Source: Camelus ferus (lineage: Eukaryota). From it: a stretch of DNA of 64,000 nt. The DNA is taken from the NCBI RefSeq assembly GCF_009834535.1, contig NC_045707.1, forward strand, positions 50,718,001-50,782,000. The letters run 5' to 3'. The notes beneath the pieces are model-generated. The model had not been told where the DNA came from and searched no databases. It was given only the letters and a program-made list of their open reading frames with translations. The translations under genes were made by a program, and so were the position numbers. Below are positions 51,891 to 64,000 of this stretch, piece by piece (within the stretch, counting starts at the first letter, position 1; each line of letters opens with the position of its first letter).

Positions 51891-52989
51891 AGTGTAAAAA
51901 GAAGCACATTGGATACACAGCAATATACCTCCTCCTTTTATTTAATACACAGTTGTAAAATTAATCATTTTGCATTTTACAACTTCCTTGTTCACTTTCT
52001 CCTCCCTCCTTGGTTACAAAGCCTCTCTCTGCTCTTCTACCTGATTTAGCTGGTCTCCAAAAGTCAAACCTGTTCTATTTTCTCTCTAGAGAGAAAGCTT
52101 TATATAACATCATGCTTTCTATTTTTTTTTTTTTTTTTTGCCAGTTCTGCTTATATTGCTAAGAGTTCAAGGATTATCTTCCTTAACAATGCCAGATCTT
52201 TGATGCATTGTATTTAGAAGAACAGTTTCAGCATAAGGATAAATTGACAAAAACTTTTTTTTTTTTTTTGAAGTTCAAATAGGAAAACTTTGTACCGCTG
52301 CGAATAATCAAGATTTCGGCCAACTCTCTTTGTTCACGATGTCCTACAGTGTCAGTATTCTTTAGTGAACCTTCTCCCTAGGAAGCCCTTCTTCAGATAC
52401 CTTCTTTAGGCTCGCTGTCAGTGCTTTAATACCTTGACTACTTTATTTCTGCTCAATGCAAACTTTTTAGTTTCTCTTTTCCTAGTTAGCACCATTGGAA
52501 ACCAGATGAAAGGCAGCTTCTCACTTTGCACTGATAGTTGATCTAGATAAGCCGACAAACACAAAGGTTACAGACACGATATTGTACAAGCTATACTAAG
52601 GTTGGGTAACCAGAAAACCAAAAACATGGATTAGGGGAAAAATCAGCACAGATAATCTTCAGCTTCCAATGTTTGCCCTGAAAAGATTCAGCATCAGCCT
52701 ATTTCCTTTGCTCTACATAAAAGAAACTTGCTCTGCTTTGGAGCTCTTCATTGTCATGAAATCAGTCATTTGAATCAAAATCCTTAAGGACATTTTCCAT
52801 GCTGACAGTACTGCTTTGAAAGGGGTCTAATTATTTTATAGTCCTGAGAGCTACTCGGCATGCTCTAAACTTGACAAATTATTTCCTATCATTCCACCCC
52901 ATGAGAAAACTCTGCAGTGTATTTACAGAAATATTTAACTCACTTCTTAGCCCGTAAATTCTTCTTTTAACAAGAAAAAATCATTCAGG

Positions 52990-53350
52990 GATGTAGTAAA
53001 ACATCATGGTTAGAAGGATGGGCTTTTAGAGTCACTGAGGAACAGGTTAAATCCAAGATTGGCCACTGTCTAGCTGTGTGACCTTGAGTAGCCAGTTAAT
53101 TACTCTATGGCTTAGTTTCCTCATCTGTAAAACACCTACCTTATAGGTGGACTTGATCATCTTGCTTCTCTTCTCTAAATAATGGCAATGATTAGCATCA
53201 CCCTGTGCATAGTTTACCAAAAACAAAAAAATAAAATAAGCAATAACAGTTGTGCTAGGTGTATCATGAGGATTACTGTACAGATTACTTTAAGAGTTAA
53301 ATAATATATGCAAAGTACTTAGCACTTGGTAAATGCTCCATAAACAATTA
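52990..53350 (+). mobile_element. MIR, interrupted
   Basis: TAGCTGTGTGACCTTGAG...AGTTTCCTCATCTGTAAAA, later AAAGTACTTAGCAC...GTAAATGCTC. Confidence 0.7.
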
Positions 53351-56039
53351 TGAACTGACCTCAAGCTAATTTAACATGCACAACTCTTAAGTTCTTTATG
53401 GTAGATTACGTGGCCACTAGATCATATTGAAAGTAAACCACAGACCAAATTCTGTACCATATATAGACCAGTATATTGACAAATAGACACAAATCAGGTC
53501 ATACAAGATATTCTTTAATGCTTGATGAAGTCCCAGCTCTTGATATAGTTAAGTGCTCCCATTAACATCTTGCATGAAATATTTACTCAAAACAAACACC
53601 AAACGTATCATCAGAAATCCTCCCACACCAGTGGCTGGAACCATTCTGTTTAATGCTCAAGTCATCATTTCTACTGCTTAAGGCTTCAGGCCTCCTTGAA
53701 TTCTAATGATCTGTTCACGTCTATGCCTCAAAAACAATTTTAGCCAGTCCACACATCCTGAACATAGCTTTAATTTTACCAATGAGAGTTCTCTTCTTAC
53801 ATTAATGATGTTGGTCAATAAGCCACCATTTTCACCTCTAAAAATTTTTTTGAGATGTAGTATGCTGCTTATGAATAATATTGAATATTCTTATTTCTAA
53901 CCTATTTCCAACATCTATGGATAAGCTAGATTTGGATAGCATAGATATGGATAGTAGAAGTGCTTGCATTAGTATTCTCTGTAGCCTGGAACTTCTAGTT
54001 TGAAAGCTTGCTGGCCAGCCCTGGACTGAAACTCTTGAATGGAATGTTTATAGCACCTGGGATGTACCCTCAATGAAAAAACACACACACAGTACCACGC
54101 TGCATATTTTAAGGTAAATGAAAGATATCATTGCAATAATCAATTTAATTTAAGCATGTATTCTTTATAAATGAAAAATAAAATGTATATTTAAAAATTG
54201 ATGGTTATGACAATTATCATCTTATTTTTATTTACTATCTCACCTTGGGTATAGTCTTCAGAATAAGAAAACCAGTAATGGGGATTTGCCCTGGAAGCCT
54301 CCATAGTATGGAAGGACAGCTTTGAATGGAAACAGATTTTTAAAAAGGAAGATGGGTGAGCATGGCCAGTGTATGTGGCTAAGATGACCATGTCTAGCGT
54401 TTACTCACCATTCTAGTTTGGATCTTTAAATTCTAAAAGCCATCTCTTCCCCCAAGGCCTCTGCAGACTAGTTTCAAAACTGGTCAAGATCCCCATAACC
54501 TCTAAAGATGGGGTCATTGCAAATAGCCAGTTTCTAGCTGAGGGAAAACACAGACAATAAGGTACATTGTTAACAAATGTCTTTTATCCAAACTTGATAA
54601 GTGGTCTGATGAGGGTGGAGGGAGACATGAAAAATCTGCTACTTGTCTAAGCAAGTTGCACATCCACTAAAAAAAAAAAAAAAAAAAAAAAAGTGCCTAC
54701 AATGCCTATCTCAGACTTTGGAATCCACCATAGTAAAGTTGATCTGTTCCCTAGCTGCCTTAGCGTCAAATTCTTTTCAGCCACCACCCCCTAGAAGAAG
54801 AAAGAAAGAATTCCCAAATATGTGACAGCTTCTCTGCCTTCCCTGTTTATAATTTTATAGGAAGAGATAACTAGGAAAGTCACATTACAACTTGTAATAA
54901 AGCTTTACAAATTACCAAGATACTTGTCTGTGTGTCTACACTCTATTAATTGTGCCATTCAAGAATTGTATAGAACAGACTTGTCAATTAGGAAATAAGC
55001 CATACTCTAGAAACTTCTCATTTAAATGATTCATTAGAGAACACATTTCAAAAGTAGAATATAAAAAACAACACTGCCATAGTTGGAGTCAAAAATCTTT
55101 TTAAAATCAGAGAAGTGAAGAGGATATCACTGCCAAAAACACCAACTCTTAATTAACTTATCTAATATACATAAAATTATGAGAAATATATGAAAGCCAA
55201 AACCAGGAAAATTATGCAAAAATATAGAGTTACATAATATATTTTTAAATGTCATGGAGATGAGGGACCCATAGTAAAATATATAAAACTTGTAATAGTC
55301 CATGGTATTTGAGCATCATGTATATATATATATTTTTTCATTCAACAGTATCCTATATTCTGGTAATGTAGAATATAGAAAAGCATATTCCCAGAATATA
55401 AATATCATTTAGAGAATCAATTCTACCTTTATCTCTTCTCTAGAAAATCTTCTCTGAATAAGCTTAAAATCAGTGTCTTATTAATAATAAATCACTCCTT
55501 ACTGTAAACAAGGACAGAATATTTACTCTTTGATCTTGATTCCTTGGAAGTAGTGCTTCCAAAGTAGCCAGAAAGTGTTTTATAAGTAAATTCTAGAGAC
55601 ATGGGTTCTACCCCTCCTTCAAATAACCCTCTCTGTGGCCTCAGTTCTTCATTTGTAGATTAATTGTGTAAACCACATTTTATCAAAATTGTCTTCTAGT
55701 TTTAAAACCTGTGTTCAAAAAATAATTGTTTCTGAATTCTCAAGGATTAGAAAAAGACATAAACAAGTGTTTAAGTTAAATGAAATAATTATACTTCTTT
55801 TATTAAAAAATAAAATTTGAGTCAAAAAATACTTGTTAAAAAAATAACATGAAAACATAGTTAACTTTTATCAAGCTCTATATGCATATTCTCTCTAGAA
55901 TGTTCCCATCAAATTCACACAGCCCATTTTATTCTTTCACTCAGCACATTTTGAGCAACATCCTTCTCTCCTTCACTGAATGAGGGACTCATGGATTACA
56001 AGTTAATTTTCTCATTAATTGTAAGCCTAATTAAGGTTG

Positions 56040-56540
56040 TAAGGAATGAGCAACTACTCTGCTTCAAAGAGGAAGTGTTATTTGAACCGGGATTTGAATG
56101 ATGAAAAGGAGATTTCAGGCAGAAAATAGAGGAAAAGCTACTCCAGTGCTAAAGGAACAATGTGAACACAGGAACAAAGGTGTCAAAGAGAAAATGTTGA
56201 GAAGTCCAGTATGGTTAGTTGGAAGGAAGTGGCTAGTACAATTGATGAGTCTAGGGAGCTACATATATTGTGGCCAAGATGTGGGGCGCTTGGAATTTTG
56301 TTCTCTAGGTATGGAGAATCAAAAGACATTTATAGACACTGAAGTACTGTGCCTGGATTTTTATAGATGCTGCTGGAATGTTGGCAGCGATAATGAAGTG
56401 GACTGGAAGAAGAAAAGACCAGAGAAGGATGACATTTGGTGAATCTGCTGAAATAGTTTAAATGAGATTCATGAGACTCTGAAGTGGGGCAGTGATAATA
56501 GGAATGAACAATATATTTAGAGGAGATTTTTGGAGGTAAT
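56040..56540 (-). mobile_element. L2 fragment
   Basis: Purine-rich reverse L2 body (GCTTCAAAGAGGAAGTG...TTTGAAC; TTGGAATTTTGTTCTCTAGG). Confidence 0.6.
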
Positions 56541-57829
56541 TAAAAGCTATTTGTCATAATTACTAGAGGTATTAAAAATATTTGTCAAAAATTAACTAGT
56601 GAATAAATAAGTTATATCTCCAAGGTTGAATTAATAGTTTTAAATATACCAGGAAATTGCCTCTCTAAGATCAGTTGGATTCCTTTTCACTCAAATTCCT
56701 ACTAGAATGTTTAAATAAGTTTATTCCTTTAGAATTTCTTGATAATCTCACTTTTTCAGTGGGTCATGATAGCTAATAACTTCTTGATTATTTGATAGAG
56801 GATAATTATCTATCTATACTATAATTACCTTCAGGGAACATTAATTCTTTTCTTTTGATGAAATTCCTTTTGATATGTGATCAATGTTTATTGACAACAT
56901 AAATAGAACATACTACATTAATATTGTAAACATTTCTAAAATTTCATAAAGAGTTTAAAAATAAAAAATATCTCTGATTTGGTATTATACAGGCTTACCT
57001 TTTTTCAGGAATTAATTATTTACTGTCGATTTTTAAGTCGAACATATTTTCAGGCACAGTGTAAAGGGAAAGAATGTCGACTACTAATGATTTAAGTATT
57101 TACTGTCCTTGGCAATATTTGCTAATCTTTATTCCATAATCAAAAAAAAAAAAAGGAACTAAACAAATGAGTTTGATGGTATTCCCTGAATACTAGAAAA
57201 TTTGAGCTATTCAAAGAATACTCTGTGAACTGATACCTTTCATCATTTTTAAAGCTGGTCAAACCAGACACCAATAGGGTAGAGGAAGCTTCACATTTTT
57301 GTAGCTTGTAGCAACTCTATAGAAAAGAGGTAATGTTTCCAATTACTATAGCAGTTAAGTCCCACAATGGATTCTGAATGGCCCACCTCAGGTGATGTAC
57401 CTATACCTCACCAATTAGGGGGCTGGACAGACCTGGACCCTAAACTCACCCCTATAGTGAAGGGGAGGGGAGGAGGGAACAGAGGCTTGTGAATGACAAT
57501 CCTTCTTGAAAGACATGGAATTGTGTGTGATTTCCACAAAAGAAAGTGGGATGCTGGTAGCAAAGGAAGAGGAACAGGAAAGGTGCTGGCAGACAAAAAA
57601 AATCCTAACCATAGTCCAGATGCCTGAATTAGATCATACTTTTTCTAATTACCAATTGAGGGATCTTGAATAAATTACTTAACCTAGGAGTTTCCTTATT
57701 TTTCAGACAGAAAGACTATCTCCCCTACGTGATTGTGAGAAATGGTGACATCTTATAAGCAAAGGGCCTTGTCTGATTCCTGCCTCCTGTCTGGCATCAG
57801 TAACCTAATTAGAACAATATTAAAGAGAT

Positions 57830-58370
57830 TCGCTGTGTTCTGCTCACTCTGCTAGGCACTGAAGATAAAATAATGAGTGAGGATAGTCATAGTCAGTGAC
57901 TTCAATCAAATAATCACTCAAACAAATGTTAAACTGCCTCTGTTCTGTAAATGCTACCAATGAGAGGGAATTCATGCTTGAGTTTATAAGAAGACGGGAG
58001 TTGACTGAATCAGAGGTTAGGGAAAGCCTGCCTGAGGAAGAGAATATAGGGAATACTGAGTTGCAATCTAAAGAAGAAGAAAATATTTACTAGGCAAAAA
58101 GGAGAGAACTGAGCCAAGTGGTCTCAGCAGAGGCAGAAGGAAGAGTATAAGCAAATGCTCTGAAATGGGAGGGAAGTCTGAGGAACAGAAAATGGCTCTT
58201 GCCTCTGTATCAGAGAGCACAGCATGAGCTGACTTTGGAAAGGCAGTGAGAGGCCAGACCCTGGAAGCCTTAAAGTCTTTGCTAAGGTATTTAATTCTTT
58301 ATTCCAAGAGCAATGGAAAGCCACCAGAGAGTTTTCAGCAGAGGAAGTTAAACACGATCAAAGAGTGATT
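57830..58370 (-). mobile_element. L2a-like fragment
   Basis: CTGCTAGGCACTGAAGATA...GTTAGGGAAAGCCTGCCTGAGGAAG...GCAATGGAAAGCCACCAGAGAGTTTT. Confidence 0.7.
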
Positions 58371-60215
58371 CTTATCCTCCTCCTTTTCTGTTTCCCCCAG
58401 AGATGGGGATGGATGGCATCCTTCTGGTATGAAACAATCCCCGTTTCAGTGTGGGGTGCCATTTTTAAAAAGAAGGGTCCTGAAATCAACATAAGAGAGG
58501 GCAGCCAGAAAGGGGTGAATGAACACGAGATGTTTTATATGCACAAGACAAGATTTACTAGATTTTTTTGCTAAATTAAACCCGTCTCTTAACTTTATCA
58601 ACAATAAATACGAATGCTCTTAAAAATTTTTTAAAAAGCTTTCCAACAACTAATCAAAAACAGAATGATTGACCAAGTAGCACTGAAAGTATGTAAGTAA
58701 CACCTAGATAATTATGAACAGACTTTCTTCCCAATGTATCAAATGCTGAACTCCCTGCACCCTATAACAGGAGCCTACTATTCTGCAAGAAAAAATTCCC
58801 AATGCCTCTTATCCACTTGGTGCATAGCCCAGCCTCTTGTTCACTTTTATGTAGCTCCTGGTTTTCTTCCATTAAGAGGCTGGGTGCTGGCCTTTGTCTC
58901 CTCTCAGAAGCCTACCTCAAAGACAGATCTCAGTCTTTATGATCCACTTCTAACCTCCTGATGAGCTTGTCTGCAGTCTTTGATTTGCATGCTAGCTCTT
59001 TTCATCTCTTTGATATCTGCTTTTATATTCTCTTAATTTGATTTCAAGTAACATGATTACACAGCAAAACTGTAGTGCAGCAGTATGAAAGAAACAACAG
59101 ATACACAGTTATGTGTGAGAAAGTCAATGATAATATTAATGTCACTAGAAAGCCATTGAGCTGTGAAGATGGGAGGAGACAGAACCAACCTAGGGGGAGA
59201 AGAAGGGAAGAAGGGAGGAAGGCAGAGCAGGAAGTGAGTCAGTGGAAGAGATGAATATGTTAAGTATTAAGATGAATTATTGAGTTGAATGAAAGGAAAT
59301 TGGATTGAATTTCTGATAGGCCCACCCTCTGGTTTCTTTTAAGTCTGTTCTAACTTGTTAGGCTATTCCTTCTTATTAGTCCCTTAAAATTAGTACAGTT
59401 AGATTGATGTTTGCCAAGCTTCAGTAATTCTACCAGCTTCATGATTTTTGCTATATATACCTTCCTTGGGTACCAGTTTTATTTATTTAATGTTAGACAT
59501 TAAACTGCCTTTAAATAGACCCTTCACATTTTTTTTTCCTAAGAAACAATCAACTTGGAATCATCTGTTTGATGTGATATATATGTATTATACATGTATG
59601 TATGTAGTATACATTTAAAAATAGACATTTTAATTTATACTCATTTGATAAAATAAAAAAAGTTGTTCATTGGTGTACCACCTACAGTCATCTGTGGGGT
59701 ATACAGTTCTGTATACCACACTGCTAAACCCTTGATTTGAGGTAAGGTCAAAGACCCTGCAGTAGATTCTGAAATAGAACCAACTTTCCTCCTCAAATTC
59801 ATTTCCCTTTCCATAAGACTATAAAGATACATTTCAGGAGTGTTTGCAAGTCTTTGGAAGACTCTGACAGACTAAAACTACTCCTAAAGGCTGGTTGTGT
59901 TAAGATTGGAATTCTCAGGGAGGAGTCATTAGTTAAATGATTTTCCTATCTGTCACAGTTGCTTGTTTTCAGGCTTCTTTTCACTGCTGCTTAAAATGGT
60001 TTGCAGCACCGTTTTGATCTAATTATCTAATACCCTGAACTTTGCTTGTGGTCTTTTTTTAAACATTTATTTTTGTAACTGTGGAGGGGGAGGTAGTCTC
60101 CTAGCTGAAGCTCTGTAGCCTACACTTGGAGTGAAGCCCTTGATGAAGGATGTACAGTGGCATACCAAGTCCACATTTCCACCGCATGTTCTCCCCAAAC
60201 CTGTTTGCTATTGAG

Positions 60216-60712
60216 TGTGGTAGACAGAATAATGCCCGCACCCCCATGCCCTAAGATGTCATGGTCCTAATCCCTGGAACCTGTAAATATGTTGTGCTAA
60301 ATGGCAAAGGGGAATTAAGGCTGCAGATGGAATTAATGATGCTAATCAGCTGATTTAGGGAGTGTCCTGGATTATTCAGGTGGGCCCAATGTAATCACAA
60401 GGTCCTTAGAAGTGGAAGAGAGAGGCAGAAGGGAAGGTCAGAGTGCTATGATGTGAGACTGAACTCATCCTTATTGACTTTGAAGATGAAGGAGGCTATG
60501 AGCCAAAGAAACTAGACAGCTTCTAAAGCCTGGAAAGGCAAGAAAAGGAATTCTCCTCCAGAACTTCCATAAGGAACTCAACCCTGCCAACACTGAGCCC
60601 AGAGTGATCCACTTTGGACTTCTGACCTCCAAACTGTAAGACAATAAATTTGTGTTGTTTTAAGCAATTAAGTTTTGGTTATTTGTTACAGCAGTGATAG
60701 AAAACTAACACA
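60216..60712 (+). mobile_element. MaLR LTR (MLT1D-like), ~1.3 kb upstream of the KITLG TSS
   Basis: TGTGGTAGACAGAATAATG...CCTAATCCCTGGAACCTGT...GGTGGGCCCAATGTAATCACA...AATAAATTTGTGTTGTTTTAAGC...AAACTAACACA. TSD TTGAG/GTGAG. Confidence 0.92.
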
Positions 60713-61009
60713 GTGAGCTTCAAATTTTATGTAGTTTCTTATTTCTCACGGTTATAGGTTTGACATACTCATTCAAAAAAAAAAGCTCACTGAACTAATT
60801 AAGGCAAATTTTGAATCCTACTCTTATTAAAATACCTCATTCCTAAATTTACACTTTATTCTTGGTTCCATGAGATTATTCCTATTAATATCTAGTGGAT
60901 ATTTTCTTTAAAAGATTAATAAAATGCTTTTTAATGGTCTCCAGTTAGAAGAACAAAGATGAAAGGGTTATGGAGAGTCAATATTTGTTTCAAGCATTTT
61001 TTAAAAGCT

Positions 61010-61245
61010 GTATAGCCAGGGCTGTGGATTCAAATTAAGCTCTGCCATCTGCTAAATGTGGTTTAGGAGAATTGACCTTTCTAAGCCTCTGTTTCATCAA
61101 CTATAAAATGAGAATAAAAATGACAGGACTTATACAATAGGCTCGTGGAAAGGGTTTAATGATATAATCTATGTAAAGTACTTACACGGCGCCTAGTATG
61201 TAATTAACGGTGTTACGTAATGGTGTTAGCTATCATTATTATTGT
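61010..61245 (+). mobile_element. MIR SINE
   Basis: TCTAAGCCTCTGTTTCATCAACTATAAAATGAG...ATGTAAAGTACTTA...GTTAGCTATCATTATTATT. Confidence 0.75.
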
Positions 61246-61949
61246 TGCATTATCTTTCCGATTCCAAAACGCTTTCCAGCAAAAAGGTACAGCTTTCAAA
61301 ACCCTAGTTGTGTCGGTGACCTCTCCGTTTAATAATCCATCTTGTCTCTTTCGATCTTAATTTCTAAAGAAGCAGCAGTAAACCATTCTAGAAACAGCAT
61401 CTCCCTTACCAATACTTAATCCTGAGTCAACATTTATTTTAATTATTAAATATTCATTCACTAAAGTAATTGTTAAAAAAAAATAGACGGGGTAAGACAA
61501 TGGCCTAACTGTAGATCCTAATTAAGCTTTTTAAAAATTTTCCCTAAGTCGAGGCGGGGTGAATTCTTTCCTAGGCCCCCAGTGAATTCCTCTGCCGCAC
61601 CGCCTTGGCAAGGAAGACAGAACTCCGGGCTTTCGCCGGCGCGCGAGGTACTCTGTCCGTCCCGGGGAGGTGCCAGGTGAGCCCCGGCGGACCTGAGAGG
61701 CCGAGCTGGGACTCACCGCGGCCGTCGCGCGGTGCGAGCGGCGGTTGCAGGGTGTTCAGCTTCGCCCCCGCGCCCTCATAGCCTCCCGGCCGTGCGCGTG
61801 CGGGGCTCCCAAGCAAGGGGACCTCTTGGCTCAATCTATCCAACTTCTGGGGCGTTTGCGGCGCTCCAGCCGCCCTCCCGGGTCTCCCCCCGCGCCCCTG
61901 CAGCGTCTCGCTTCCCCGGGGCTCCGGAAGGGAAGGAGGCGTGTCCGGA

Positions 61950-61975
61950 GTAGGCGGGAGGGAACCGTATAAAAG
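61950..61975 (+). promoter_or_regulatory. KITLG core promoter: GC box and TATA box
   Basis: GGCGGG at 61953-61958 and TATAAAAG at 61968-61975, just upstream of exon 1 inside the CpG island. Confidence 0.9.
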
Positions 61976-61996
61976 TGCTGGCGGCGCGCCGGCCCA

Positions 61997-62190
61997 GGCT
62001 TCATTCGCCGCCTCGCGCCGGGATCGGGAGCGCCGCGGGAAGCACAGGCCGTGGAGAGAGTGCTGCGCTCGGGCTACCCAATGCGTGGACTATCTGCAGC
62101 CGCCTCTCATGCAATATGCTGGAGCTCCAGAACAGCTAAACGGAGTTGCCACACCGCTGCCTGGGCTGGATCACAGCTCTGCCTTTCCTT
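61997..62190 (+). other. KITLG: KITLG exon 1 5' UTR (TSS approximate), with three upstream ATGs
   Basis: Begins ~30 nt after TATAAAAG, with an Inr-like TTCATT at 62000-62005. uATGs at 62081, 62109 and 62116. Confidence 0.85.
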
Positions 62191-62205
62191 ATGAAGAAGA
62201 CACAA
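62191..62205 (+). CDS. KITLG: KIT ligand (stem cell factor), coding part of exon 1 (MKKTQ); gene continues beyond the window
   Basis: GCCTTTCCTT-ATG AAG AAG ACA CAA followed by a GTGAGT donor at 62206. This matches the known KITLG signal-peptide start MKKTQ|TW... The upstream 5' UTR text (GGGCTACCCAATGCGTGGACTATCTGC...GGAGCTCCAGAACAGCTAAACGGAG) matches mammalian SCF mRNA as I recall it. Confidence 0.96.
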
Positions 62206-64000
62206 GTGAGTAGGGCACGCCCGGGAGCTCGCCGGCTCTCCAAGGAAATCGCGCCCGGAGGCCGGCGCGTCCCGGCCCCGACTGCCGCGGCGTGAGGGGC
62301 TGTGCCTGCCGGACGAGCCTGGAGGGCGCGGGGGAGGCGGGCGTGGCGAGCAAGCCCCAGCCGCCCGGCCTGTGCGTGCCAGGGAGAGGAGACGAGGGAA
62401 CCTGTGTCAAGTTTGGAGTCTCTGTGTTTAAGTTGGGAGCTGTCAGTCGGGAACTGCGGTTCCTGTAAGATGAAAGGACCTGCTCTTTGGCCGGAGAGTT
62501 TAAGTTACTACGGAAAAGCATGTCTTTGCACGGGAGACATTTTCCCGTGGATTCCGGGGGAGATTACACAACAGCTCCTCACGCCACACGCTGGAGCGCT
62601 CGCGCACCCAAATTTTTGTGCAGCCCCCAGTTGGGCACCCGGCTCGTGCGGACTTGGGTGCAGCCGCGGGAACGAAGCCAACCCCGAGTTCCTTAGCGGC
62701 CGCACTCGGCTAGGCGGAGAACCTGTCTCGCCAGCCCGGGAAACTTGGCTCCCGCGTGGATCTGCCAGGTTTGCGGCGCTGAGTGAGCTCCCTAGGGAGC
62801 TCTAGCTGGGTTAATACCTCCACATTGCACCCACTTTCTTCCACTGCAGAAGAGGAAAAGTTTGTGTGTGTGTGTGTGTGTGTATGTGTGTTAGTGGGCA
62901 CCTCTGATGATAGTTATTGAGGTAATTCCCAGTGCTGTAAAACTGTGCATTATATGTAAGCACAGTGGGTAAAGCACCGTCCAGGGGATACAGTTAGATT
63001 TTTTTCCCCCTCGAAGCGGGTGTCTGGCTGGTGCTTTAGAAAGGGCAGCCTCGGTACTCTCATCCATAGTTCTTTTCACCACTGCAGGTCTTACCTCTTC
63101 TCCCTTCTCCTCTTAGAATTTTTCTGTGTATCTACCGCGGGTTGAGTAAGGCTGCCCTTTCACCCCCCAGAGGTTCTGTCGGAGATTGCAATTCCTGAAA
63201 TGTGTGGAAGGGGTAGCAGTGGTGGGGAAATGGGGAATTGGGGGGGGGGATGTTTGTGGGTTTGTGTCAATCTTCAATTTAGAATGAAGGCATCCACGTG
63301 CTGAAAATGCCTTATTTAATGACACACTTCATGTAATATTTTAAATAGATGGCTAGGCCTGGGAAAGAAGTAGGGAGAACCGAGCCCATTGTACCAGGGT
63401 GGAAAAGGGCAGGGGGAAGGGACATTGGCTGGTAGAAAGGTTTGTGTAGTCCCTAGGCAGCTGCCTAAGAAGAGGAGCAGAGGGCAGTTTCCTCTCCTGC
63501 GGGCATGTTGGTTTGTTTATAGGGAAAGCATTGAACGGCCTCACCTGAGATCCACCAGAGAGGGCTATTGACATGCAGATATGAAAGATGGCAACAAAAG
63601 AGAAGTTTAATGTAATTACTTGATCTGTACATGCTTTCTGCTTTATGAAATAAGAAGCATGGGTGAGGAACCCATTCTTTGTTATAGTAGCATCTGCTCA
63701 CGTGAATGGTAGTGGTGAAAGCTGGGTGGAGAAACCGCTACCTTCTAGTTCAGGAAAAGAGCCTAAACCTCCCTATTTAAACAAGATCCCTGGAGACAGA
63801 TCAGGTTAATGACCAACACTCCAAAGTGGGGCGATGTACTATCAAGTCACTTTGAGGGTCAGTCGAATTGATGATCCTTGCACCCTTGCTTTGCAAAACA
63901 AATGTGAGCTCTGTAATCTCCTTTCTCACTTTGATTAAATGGCTGTGTAAATCGGATTACATGGAATAATTCCATTGAAAACTAGAAAGAGGTCAAACTA
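62206..64000 (+). other. KITLG: KITLG intron 1 (partial)
   Basis: Starts with GTGAGT after the CAA codon. No exon 2 (TWI...) sequence is seen before the window end. Confidence 0.88.
62863..62890. repeat. (TG)n microsatellite in KITLG intron 1
   Basis: Read directly; one TA interruption. Confidence 0.95.

Larger units (their letters stand above)
61550..62800. promoter_or_regulatory. CpG island spanning the KITLG promoter, exon 1 and the start of intron 1
   Basis: Abrupt switch from AT-rich, CpG-poor DNA to GC-rich DNA with dense CpG. Confidence 0.93.

Noticed and set aside
59405..59735. Possible hAT-Charlie fossil (also ~12840-13330 and ~34870-35030)
   Set aside because: Only vague resemblance of the termini; I cannot support a call without RepeatMasker.
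62302..62805. 167-aa ORF and other ORFs in the CpG island
   Set aside because: Stop-poor GC-rich sequence in the promoter and intron 1 gives long chance ORFs in all frames.

Overview
This is mammalian genomic DNA, not prokaryotic. It is most likely from a camelid (alpaca/llama/camel), judged from a Vic-1-like tRNA-derived SINE and cetartiodactyl-type L1 3' UTRs. The window is ~62 kb of AT-rich, repeat-rich intergenic DNA directly upstream of KITLG (stem cell factor / KIT ligand, + strand). It ends with the KITLG CpG-island promoter (TATA box at 61968), exon 1 (coding only MKKTQ, 62191-62205) and the first ~1.8 kb of intron 1. The only other gene-derived sequence is a decayed processed RPSA pseudogene (- strand, ~47906-48872). 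The rest is L1, L2, MIR, MaLR/ERVL LTR and hAT fossils plus microsatellites; almost all ORF-track entries are spurious. I see no new multi-gene system. The best leads are: (1) a CpG-island-like, NRF1-motif-bearing core in the RPSA pseudogene; (2) a chimeric old-L1/young-L1 insertion with a perfect TSD; (3) a TSD-flanked retroposed non-coding fragment nested in an old L1; (4) three uORFs in the KITLG 5' UTR; (5) strong sense and antisense splice donors upstream of the TATA box. Repeat family names come from recalled consensus sequences and most repeat boundaries are approximate.
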